Below, in pieces: positions 60,501-64,000 of a DNA stretch of 64,000 nucleotides (the first letter of the stretch is position 1; each line of letters starts with the position of its first letter). A program made the position numbers and the translations under genes. The stretch lies in NCBI GenBank assembly GCA_002633005.1, contig NMRA01000237.1:310001-374000 (forward strand), read 5' to 3'. Under the pieces are notes generated by a model. It did no database searches and had not been told where the DNA came from. It saw nothing but the letters and a program-made list of their open reading frames with translations. The DNA comes from Phoronis australis. Taxonomy: Eukaryota > Animalia > Phoronida.

Positions 60501-62699
60501 AAGTGCATTTGGAATTGTCACATGGCATTTTTGTGTACTCTGGAATAGAAAATTTTGATGGGGTTTCTGAAATTACTCCCATGTGTCTCAACTTTGCTTC
60601 CCGGGAGTCATGTCTTGCCAGATTTTGCGCTGGAACACATTTCTGCCGTTTCATTTAGTATTGAGCACCGTGTGTAACCGAGAGAATCATTGTATGAACA
60701 TACCTTTTGTTTGTTCCTTCAAAATGCGTGACTGAAAATTTCTCAAGACTGATTAAAAGTGCTGAAGAGCTAGCTTAATATTTTTATTACATCATCATTC
60801 CATTCCTATTACAGAAAGATTAGAAGACAGACGTCGCTCATCTCTCCGACCTTCGCCTAGACCCTCTCCTTCGAGGGCGGAGTCTGCCACCTCTAGTCGA
60901 GAGTCGTCTGTCGCTCTCTCAGAGAGCCCCATGGAGGGTGCACCTGCTTTCATACAGCCTTTACCAGAAGAGGTCACTGTTCACGAAGGTGAACCTTTGA
61001 CCCTCGAGTGCGCCGTGTCGGGATCACCACTGCCTATTGGTGAGTAAACATGCAGATATTAAGAATATCTTGAGACGTTAACCAAGGTTGCGTTCTACAC
61101 TCAAGACACGAGAAAAGCTTGTATCATCATGTGCTTTGTTTGTAAGGCTTGATGGTATTATGTGAAGACCTGTGGGATGCTGTGTTTTTGTGAGATTCTT
61201 GCGTCTATAGGATGCAGCTCTGCTCAGGCAAAGACTGTTTTCCAGCATGCCACCCAATAACGTTAGCACACTATATAAGATTTGGTGTTCTGTTACACTA
61301 AGGTAGTTCTTAGTACAGTTTTAGAAATATGGAGTACATATGAATATTGCACAACCTGAGTAAGAACTTCTTTTACACTGATGCCTTCTAGTCATGTTTT
61401 GAGGTAAGTTGCCAGTCTCCAAACATCCCCAGCCAGTTTCATCTAGAGGTTATGCTGGATGCTCTGAAAATGGGTTTGTAGTGACAGAGCGTTCAGAACA
61501 AACCATTTGATCTCTACCTATGTTCATGATTTTTAGGAACTAATTGAAGTGTAGAGTCCTAATGCCCTAACCTTCACCAATTTTCGAAGTGAAAAACACT
61601 AACTGTTGAATTATACCACGTAAGGCTGTAGAATTAGTCTCTGCATGCAATGTTCATAGATTACGTTTCTGATTTCTGAGCTTGGAATGTGCTGTCAATT
61701 TGTTGTTGTTGTTGCACACTGAACTAAACGGACTGAAATTGATGAGCTAGTTGTTTTTATAAGCAGCAGTCCAGTGACTGTCTGATAGATGGGGCTACTA
61801 GTCAGTTCATGGGGACTAGTGTGGGTCTATGGCTTGAGTAATGATGCTGAAAACAATATGATAAAACGTGTCACGTTGTTTTTCCAACAGTGTATTGGCA
61901 GAAGGGAGCCCGAGACATCACCTATAGTAGCCGCCATCGGATCTCTAGTGTTGGCAACAAGCACACACTGGAGGTACCATCCACCCTGGTCACCGACTAT
62001 GGCACTTACACGGCTCTGGCAAAGAACTTGAACGGTCAGACCACATGCGCGGCCTCAGTTACCATCAAACGACCAAAGCCAGAAGAAGCACCAAGGTAAA
62101 AGTGCTGACATCAGCGGAAATTGAATGGCACTTTTGTCATTTGAGGAACTCTCAGTCGTGCTAAGTTTTTGCAATAACATTTGATTTTTTGTTCGTTCTG
62201 AATAGTGCGTTCCTGCAACTACTGAGCCGAATACAACAATGTCCTTTTTGATGATTTTGCATCATGTGTGTTGGTACCGTAACAGAAGTACAATGAAATT
62301 TCACCAGTATGGCGGACGTAGGAAGTTTCATTTTCTCCTAGCCATGAAAAGAATGTAGCTCCAAATTAGTGCTTTTCCATTTTCACGTTCTGTACCATAC
62401 CAACCACCAGACACTGCTTTGAAAAATTGTTGGCCTTCACAACAATGCCCTTGAAAAATAAGAAAAGAGAAATTTCAAGAAGTATTTTTGTCCAAAATTG
62501 GCAAGAGTTTACCGTGCGCGTGTTTTTATTTCAGTCTACTTAAGTACTATTTTTGTTTTCGAATCCAGTTTTAATAGGCCATGCTCACCAATCTGTGAAT
62601 TGCAGCACATTCTGACAGCGTTAACTTAATTTTCTTCTAACTGTCTTTTTTTCAGACGACGTTCACGAGGTTCTGTGGACACGGGACTCTCTCTCAAAG
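246..62699 (+). CDS. Giant multi-exon titin/twitchin/projectin-family muscle protein (I-set Ig + Fn3 + MLCK-type kinase); 5' end outside the window, 3' end probably outside
   Basis: About 70 GT-AG exons in compatible phases. They encode Fn3 (W..P..DGGS.I..Y, Y.FRV.AEN..G) and I-set Ig (W.K.G, D.G.Y) domains, followed by the Ig-Ig-Fn3-kinase-Ig(n) order typical of titin/twitchin. Confidence 0.96.
901..1188 (+). CDS. Exon: Ig domain (repeat 1, Ig-C)
   Basis: ccag|..G|gtaag; APKLTIDDKY..LKAGS..DSGDY. Confidence 0.92.
1573..1869 (+). CDS. Exon: Fn3 (repeat 1)
   Basis: DKPDTPRDLEV..DNGGSDITGY..KSPY; phase 1-1. Confidence 0.92.
2245..2547 (+). CDS. Exon: Fn3 (repeat 1)
   Basis: DPPDAPNAP..RWVRVN..KNPW; phase 1-1. 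Confidence 0.92.
3008..3310 (+). CDS. Exon: Fn3 (repeat 1)
   Basis: EKPGKPGKP..FRWTRAN..KEPI; phase 1-1. Confidence 0.92.
3638..3925 (+). CDS. Exon: Ig (repeat 1, Ig-D)
   Basis: VGNPPAIL..WFKD..DASKYTC; phase 1-1. Confidence 0.92.
4467..4754 (+). CDS. Exon: Ig (repeat 1, Ig-E)
   Basis: PPKIEV..GVPAPEIMW..NSGKY; phase 1-1. Confidence 0.92.
5087..5389 (+). CDS. Exon: Fn3 (repeat 1)
   Basis: DKPSPPQN..DDGGAEISSY..KNPF. Confidence 0.92.
5843..6145 (+). CDS. Exon: Fn3 (repeat 1)
   Basis: DEPTAPQN..STRWSRVN..KDPV. Confidence 0.92.
6806..7069 (+). CDS. Exon: Ig (repeat 2, Ig-A)
   Basis: PMEFVRTLSD..LECEVN..DEGTY. Confidence 0.9.
7356..7507 (+). CDS. Exon: Ig-B N-half (repeat 2)
   Basis: ETVVEFTKPLKD..FECEMS..KYQ|gtaga; phase 1-0. 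Confidence 0.88.
7952..8069 (+). CDS. Exon: Ig-B C-half (repeat 2)
   Basis: cgtag|AVCDGNIHKL..DEGEY..VQ; phase 0-1; not in the ORF track. Confidence 0.88.
8592..8879 (+). CDS. Exon: Ig-C (repeat 2)
   Basis: APKIYLDEKY..LKAGS; close paralog of 901-1188. Confidence 0.92.
9241..9537 (+). CDS. Exon: Fn3 (repeat 2)
   Basis: DKPEPPRDLQV..KSKY. Confidence 0.92.
9806..10108 (+). CDS. Exon: Fn3 (repeat 2)
   Basis: APGPPSAP..RWIRVN..KDPW. Confidence 0.92.
10225..10256. repeat. (GTTTT)n microsatellite
   Basis: gttttgttttgtttt run. Confidence 0.85.
10454..10756 (+). CDS. Exon: Fn3 (repeat 2)
   Basis: DKPDRPGIP..FRWVQAN..KEPI. Confidence 0.92.
11188..11302 (+). CDS. Exon: Ig-D N-half (repeat 2)
   Basis: VGTEPQMLKPLAD..EIK-W split TG|gtgag; phase 1-2. 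Confidence 0.88.
11624..11796 (+). CDS. Exon: Ig-D C-half (repeat 2)
   Basis: FKEVKEL..DTSRYSC..; phase 2-1. Confidence 0.88.
12326..12610 (+). CDS. Exon: Ig-E (repeat 2)
   Basis: IPTLDYE..GHPAPSVVW..DSGRF. Confidence 0.9.
13082..13384 (+). CDS. Exon: Fn3 (repeat 2)
   Basis: GPPGAPNNLEV..DGGAEITGY..KNQY. Confidence 0.9.
13836..14132 (+). CDS. Exon: Fn3 (repeat 2)
   Basis: DEPDQPKN..STRWAPV..EDPK. Confidence 0.9.
14483..14746 (+). CDS. Exon: Ig-A (repeat 3)
   Basis: PVTFSRKLAD..LECEIN..DQGEY. Confidence 0.9.
15166..15432 (+). CDS. Exon: Ig-B (repeat 3)
   Basis: EEVINFLEPLKD..FTCELS..DEAEY. Confidence 0.9.
15820..16107 (+). CDS. Exon: Ig-C (repeat 3)
   Basis: cttag|PPVITLDERY..LRAGS..DSGQY; missed by the plus-strand ORF track. 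Confidence 0.9.
16430..16726 (+). CDS. Exon: Fn3 (repeat 3)
   Basis: DKPDAPRNL..KSPF. Confidence 0.92.
16919..17221 (+). CDS. Exon: Fn3 (repeat 3)
   Basis: DPPAPPSMP..RWIKIN..KDPW. Confidence 0.92.
17622..17924 (+). CDS. Exon: Fn3 (repeat 3)
   Basis: DKPGPPRKP..FKWQRAN..KERI. Confidence 0.92.
18329..18443 (+). CDS. Exon: Ig-D N-half (repeat 3)
   Basis: VGQAPKLKEGLSD..EVK-W split TG|gtaag. Confidence 0.88.
19392..19564 (+). CDS. Exon: Ig-D C-half (repeat 3)
   Basis: FKESKEL..DSAKYRC. Confidence 0.88.
20127..20411 (+). CDS. Exon: Ig-E (repeat 3)
   Basis: QPVIEYD..GTPAPKITW..DAGKY. Confidence 0.9.
20962..21264 (+). CDS. Exon: Fn3 (repeat 3)
   Basis: DKPSPPADL..KNPF. Confidence 0.92.
21813..21940 (+). 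CDS. Exon: Fn3 N-half (repeat 3)
   Basis: DEPSAPRKL..IERRP|gtaaa; phase 1-0. Confidence 0.88.
22471..22642 (+). CDS. Exon: Fn3 C-half (repeat 3)
   Basis: PYSSRWVRVN..KDPY; phase 0-1. Confidence 0.88.
22898..24104. repeat. 603-bp tandem duplication joined by a single N (23501); the second copy contains an identical-protein Fn3 exon at 23711-24016; probable assembly artefact
   Basis: 22898-23500 vs 23502-24104, offset 604, about 5 substitutions by eye. Confidence 0.9.
23107..23412 (+). CDS. Exon: Fn3
   Basis: VPGAPGQP..FRWVVVN..KEPI; phase 1-1. Confidence 0.85.
24368..24937 (+). CDS. Exon: two Ig domains (Ig-D and Ig-E types)
   Basis: VGDIPKIKD..DAGTY..SPPEIQLD..DDGMY; 570 nt, phase 1-1. 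Confidence 0.9.
25464..25769 (+). CDS. Exon: Fn3
   Basis: DRPDAPNGPLEV..KSPY. Confidence 0.92.
26067..26128. repeat. (TATG)n microsatellite
   Basis: Imperfect tatgtatgtatg run. Confidence 0.85.
26911..27207 (+). CDS. Exon: Fn3 (13-Fn3 block, #1)
   Basis: DIPSSPTGPVE..RPPA; phase 1-1. Confidence 0.88.
27401..28009 (+). CDS. Exon: two Fn3 (#2-3)
   Basis: GVPSAPRGPVKV..HVPSKPSGPL..KNPF; 609 nt. Confidence 0.88.
28094..29142. repeat. 524-bp intronic tandem duplication joined by a single N (28618); probable assembly artefact
   Basis: 28094-28617 vs 28619-29142, about 7 substitutions by eye. Confidence 0.9.
29236..29541 (+). CDS. Exon: Fn3 (#4)
   Basis: KPSPPVGPLKI..FDGGKPILYY; 306 nt. Confidence 0.85.
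29997..30299 (+). CDS. Exon: Fn3 (#5)
   Basis: GAPTSPRYF..HDGGSKILNY; 303 nt. Confidence 0.87.
30740..31045 (+). CDS. Exon: Fn3 (#6)
   Basis: DKPNVPQGPLKV..RSPY; 306 nt. Confidence 0.87.
31257..32174 (+). CDS. Exon: three Fn3 (#7-9)
   Basis: 918 nt; DVPNPPTGPL / ELPSAPCGTL / GKPWPPYSH..KSPF. Confidence 0.9.
32381..32484. mobile_element. ~100-bp MITE-like element, family 1, copy 1
   Basis: aatagtcacttagaggggtctcacattttaagaacc left arm; core shared with the copies at 45255 and 48187. Confidence 0.65.
32546..32848 (+). CDS. Exon: Fn3 (#10)
   Basis: APQPPSQI..EDGGSPLMSY; 303 nt. Confidence 0.87.
33029..33331 (+). CDS. Exon: Fn3 (#11)
   Basis: DPPSAPLNLE..; 303 nt. Confidence 0.87.
33505..34110 (+). 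CDS. Exon: two Fn3 (#12-13)
   Basis: GKPSAPEGPLEI..GVPYSPEGG..KEIY; 606 nt. Confidence 0.9.
34351..34583 (+). CDS. Candidate alternative terminal exon (unique Cys/His-rich C-terminus, stop TAG)
   Basis: Strong acceptor tttcattcttgcag; in frame with the phase-1 donor at 34110; EYAKTSWTTESYEE..CHSCIYCGYHLKHKLDNCG*. Confidence 0.65.
34890..34908 (+). terminator. Tandem AATAAA polyadenylation signal candidates
   Basis: AATAAA at 34890 and 34903, followed by T/GT-rich sequence, about 300 nt after the stop at 34583. Confidence 0.45.
35937..36351 (+). CDS. Exon: Fn3 plus Ig N-half
   Basis: DKPSVPGRP..ARWVRVN..RPVFVKALSD..SVR-W; phase 1-2. Confidence 0.9.
36730..36902 (+). CDS. Exon: Ig C-half
   Basis: FKNFKEI..DRGEIEC; phase 2-1. 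Confidence 0.88.
37864..38151 (+). CDS. Exon: Ig (pre-kinase)
   Basis: PPKIHMSD..GQPIPEITW..DTGEY. Confidence 0.92.
38479..38799 (+). CDS. Exon: pre-kinase Fn3 plus NYD linker
   Basis: DCPEEPSTP..DDGGSQITNY..PDVNYDDF. Confidence 0.9.
39075..39165 (+). CDS. Exon: N-terminal linker and kinase start
   Basis: VDPLFTWNNVDIE..KYIICEELG-R; phase 1-2. Confidence 0.85.
39798..40001 (+). CDS. Exon: kinase subdomains I-V
   Basis: GSFGVVYR..WAAKFIK..HEMDVM..HHPKLLQLHEAF. Confidence 0.93.
40452..40596 (+). CDS. Exon: kinase subdomains V-VIb
   Basis: VSGGELFERL..IIHLDIK. Confidence 0.93.
41181..41255 (+). mobile_element. Degenerate tRNA-like sequence (tRNA-derived SINE head or tRNA pseudogene)
   Basis: A-box TGGCTTAGTGG (41189) and B-box-like GGTTTGAGTCC (41235) at tRNA spacing; stems imperfect. 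Confidence 0.55.
41367..41566 (+). CDS. Exon: kinase subdomains VIb-IX
   Basis: PENVLL..KIIDFGL..FGTAEFVAPE..SDMWSLGV; absent from the ORF track. Confidence 0.93.
41958..42156 (+). CDS. Exon: kinase subdomains IX-XI
   Basis: LTGLSPFMG..KRLTITEALSHPWLN|gtatg. Confidence 0.93.
42137..43629. repeat. 746-bp tandem duplication joined by a single N (42883); probable assembly artefact
   Basis: 42137-42882 vs 42884-43629, about 9 substitutions by eye. Confidence 0.9.
42767..42796 (+). CDS. Candidate 30-nt micro-exon PETVTFHSQI (second copy 43514-43543)
   Basis: Long pyrimidine-rich, AG-poor lead-in, tttcag|..|gtgagt; phase 0-0 matches the flanking exons. Confidence 0.55.
44914..44997 (+). CDS. Exon: kinase C-terminal regulatory tail, part 1
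   Basis: GSTEDRLPKGRNLSTNHHKNYLARKRWR|gtaag; phase 0-0. Confidence 0.85.
45255..45357. mobile_element. MITE-like element, family 1, copy 2 (inverted relative to copies 1 and 3)
   Basis: tagtcacttacagg..tttgagaac..ggttctgaaaat..cctgtgaatgacta; core is the reverse complement of the 48187 copy. Confidence 0.6.
45656..45758 (+). CDS. Exon: regulatory tail, part 2
   Basis: DSANEVIALGRLAKASAVFRSL..; phase 0-1. Confidence 0.85.
46299..46416 (+). CDS. Exon: post-kinase Ig1 N-half
   Basis: EVPDHKPYIVQEL..GRLKCRI..LK-W. Confidence 0.85.
47283..47455 (+). CDS. Exon: post-kinase Ig1 C-half
   Basis: FKGETEI..DEDYFTCLAYNDLG. Confidence 0.87.
47696..47837. repeat. 11-bp minisatellite (AGTTACTTATY), about 13 copies
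   Basis: Contiguous agttacttatt/agttacttatc units. Confidence 0.9.
47871..47922 (+). CDS. Exon: Ig1-Ig2 linker with RRKS
   Basis: ttgcag|GHGLERRKSELEALRKL-S|gtacg; phase 1-2. Confidence 0.8.
48187..48286. mobile_element. MITE-like element, family 1, copy 3
   Basis: aatagtcac..ttttgagaacc / ggttctcaaaa..gtgactatt inverted termini of about 33-36 bp. Confidence 0.7.
48447..48562 (+). CDS. Mutually exclusive exon A (116 nt): acidic linker plus Ig2 N-half
   Basis: IDDEEVFEELPAECAPQFIRSLQDQSVTLGDPVTMEVE; phase 2-1. Confidence 0.8.
49447..49562 (+). CDS. Mutually exclusive exon B (116 nt): basic linker plus Ig2 N-half
   Basis: NKKRNSITTREFNVAPYFTLPLMDQIRKVGDHVYFSVT; phase 2-1. Confidence 0.8.
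50303..50512 (+). CDS. Exon: post-kinase Ig2 C-half
   Basis: VTVRPEPVVTWYLNG..DAGELKC. Confidence 0.88.
50793..50919 (+). CDS. Exon: post-kinase Ig3 N-half
   Basis: EQIPEGCQPPKFTKLL..MECKVEGVPPPHIE-W. Confidence 0.88.
51633..51805 (+). CDS. Exon: post-kinase Ig3 C-half
   Basis: YKDRKAI..EAFPEDAGYYMC. Confidence 0.88.
52508..52752 (+). CDS. Exon: linker plus post-kinase Ig4 N-half
   Basis: RPPEFTAKL..FACSVGGIPAPDVKWFKDG..MVIK; phase 1-0. Confidence 0.88.
55149..55580 (+). CDS. Candidate alternative first exon: Ser/Pro-rich leader with 4 PKA consensus sites
   Basis: GCCACCATG at 55143-55151; stop-free and in frame with the 55581 exon; RRYS, RKAS, RRLS, RRAS. Confidence 0.6.
55581..55704 (+). 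CDS. Exon: post-kinase Ig4 C-half
   Basis: tttcag|NNYGLLSL..EDAGTYSVVATNSEG; phase 0-1. Confidence 0.88.
56784..56842. mobile_element. Short hairpin / mini-MITE
   Basis: agtctcaaacccagactgtct vs agatagtctgggttcaagact, inverted 21-bp arms; atgagacc on both flanks. Confidence 0.55.
56944..57082 (+). CDS. Exon: post-kinase Ig5 N-half
   Basis: EPEILMGPEYSKPNFDQPL..GKPMPGFK-W. Confidence 0.86.
57834..58009 (+). CDS. Exon: post-kinase Ig5 C-half
   Basis: QRDTIEL..RDSGLYFCMAHSKAG. Confidence 0.87.
58625..58693 (+). CDS. Candidate 69-nt cassette exon (RRRSSLS)
   Basis: ggcag|GPYTSARRRSSLSLETLSSDGRI|gtagg; phase 1-1; GC-richer than its flanks. Confidence 0.55.
   Translation, partial: ALTPVPDDDRRYRWRHCLQTDE
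60815..61039 (+). CDS. Exon: Ser/Arg-rich linker plus post-kinase Ig6 N-half
   Basis: RLEDRRRSSLRPSPRPSPS..APAFIQPL..LECAVSGSPLP; phase 1-1. Confidence 0.85.
61891..62095 (+). CDS. Exon: post-kinase Ig6 C-half
   Basis: VYWQKG..DYGTYTALAKN..EEAP-R; phase 1-2. Confidence 0.87.
62656..62699 (+). CDS. Candidate 44-nt exon RRRSRGSVDTGLSLK
   Basis: tttttttcag acceptor and AAAG|gtggg donor; phase 2-1. Confidence 0.55.
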
Positions 62700-63154
62700 G
62701 TGGGTTTTGGAAATGGTTGTCTTAAAGCTGCTATATGCCAGCATTTTGACTAAGAAACAAACATTGATTTAAACCACTTACGTGTATGAAATCTGTCTCA
62801 ACATGGTCCTTGCTTTAATGAGAAATGTTTTCTGGGTTTGCACAGAACTGACAGTAGGTTGTTCATTGAGACCATGTTCGGCGCATTACACGTGACAACC
62901 CTATTTATGAAGCTTGGTATTGAGCAATGACAAACTGACAATACTCATGAAGCCTTGAAATCATCTCCTATTTGACTAGGCAACAATTTGAGACCAATTT
63001 CGTAACGGTAAAAAGTCTAAATCAAAAGTTGTTTTTTGTGACAAAAGGCAAGTTTAAAGCCGCTATAAACTTCCCTTCTGTCAAACAAGACTTTAGATTC
63101 GTACAGATTTCTGTTATAAAACTAGATGCAGCTTGTTGCCTGTTCTGAGGATAA

Positions 63155-63299
63155 GTGATTTCTGGGTTCGGAAAATTCCGAGTTCTTCATTGCTTGAAAC
63201 CAGGCTCAAAACAGCATGATTCATGAGGCCAAGCCAATTTAACTGAGCCTGGTCTCAGGCCAGAACAAACTGCCAGTTGTTCACAAGCCCAGAAATCAC
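63155..63299. mobile_element. Palindromic MITE-like element, family 2
   Basis: gtgatttctggg / cccagaaatcac termini; inner tgaaaccaggctca / tgagcctggtctca arms; related arms near 12776-12830, 56178-56290 and 62829-62875. Confidence 0.65.
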
Positions 63300-63978
63300 C
63301 TGCAATCTAACTGAAGAACAAGTTGAGACCATCTAAATCAAAAGTTAGATTTTACGGAATTGCGGTTAGTAACAGCTTTAACAAGTTGGCCAAAAACTGA
63401 CACCGTAAAATTATGTCGGTGTAGCCAACAGCAGATTGGCAATTGTTACTAGTTTATTTACTTTCTAAACCTCTGCCTGATGGGATATTTGACCTAGATC
63501 TGTGATAACTACTTTACTTTGCTTCTGGCTGCATCATTAACATTCCTAACTGTTACACAGACTTATATGAAGTGTTGATTATGAATTTGGCATTGTCGCT
63601 CAACTTCCAAGCTCTATCTTTTGACAGACTCAACCAATGTGTTTGATTGAGTTCCGGGATGTTTTCCTCATAATGGGTAGAGATGTATCCTAACTCATTC
63701 GAAATCCAAACCAGTGCAACGCCCTGGCGCATTAATAAATTATTGCAGTACCAACTGGTAAAAGGAATAAAATACCCTCTTGCATTAAGGGCACCTCTCG
63801 ATCAACCATGCCAATGGGAGTTCAATCCCAGGATTTGAGCTTCACTCAGGTTCTGGGATTTTTGAAAGTTAGGCATCAAAATGGATGTTCAGGAATTAGT
63901 GTACGGCTTTCCATCCTGCTTATATGTTGTTGATTGCATGGTTTTGCTAAAAATGTGTCCGAATTTTATTATTTTCAG

Positions 63979-64000
63979 ATTAGAGATTGTGCAATTCCTG
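63979..64000 (+). CDS. Start of the next exon (runs off the window)
   Basis: ttattattttcag acceptor; in phase 2 it reads (R)LEIVQFL, like an Ig start. Confidence 0.45.

Noticed and set aside
857-60977. Many minus-strand ORFs overlapping exons (e.g. 857-1111, 15782-16093, 31309-31752, 60795-60977)
   Set aside because: They are antisense shadows of plus-strand coding exons, with no domain signal or independent splice structure.

Overview
AT-rich, intron-rich animal genomic DNA, probably from an invertebrate; the species cannot be determined from sequence alone. The whole window is the middle-to-3' part of one giant plus-strand titin/twitchin/projectin-family gene. I traced about 70 exons by GT-AG boundaries and intron phase. 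Domain order: three copies (the first partial) of a 10-domain super-repeat Ig3-Fn3x3-Ig2-Fn3x2; then Fn3-Ig2-Fn3; a block of 13 consecutive Fn3 domains ending in a stop-containing Cys/His-rich exon with AATAAA signals (candidate kinase-less isoform); then Fn3-Ig-Ig-Fn3, an NYD linker, an MLCK-type kinase with intact catalytic motifs and an MLCK-like calmodulin-binding tail; then at least 6 Ig domains. The post-kinase region holds the most unusual signals: two equal-length 116-nt mutually exclusive exon candidates (acidic vs PKA-site linker), an intronic Kozak-initiated exon with four PKA consensus sites, micro-exons and RRxS-rich cassette exons. Three ~0.5-0.75 kb tandem duplications are each joined by a single N and are most likely assembly artefacts. 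Introns contain MITE-like hairpins, a tRNA-derived SINE head and simple repeats. All splice models are inferred by eye, without transcript data.
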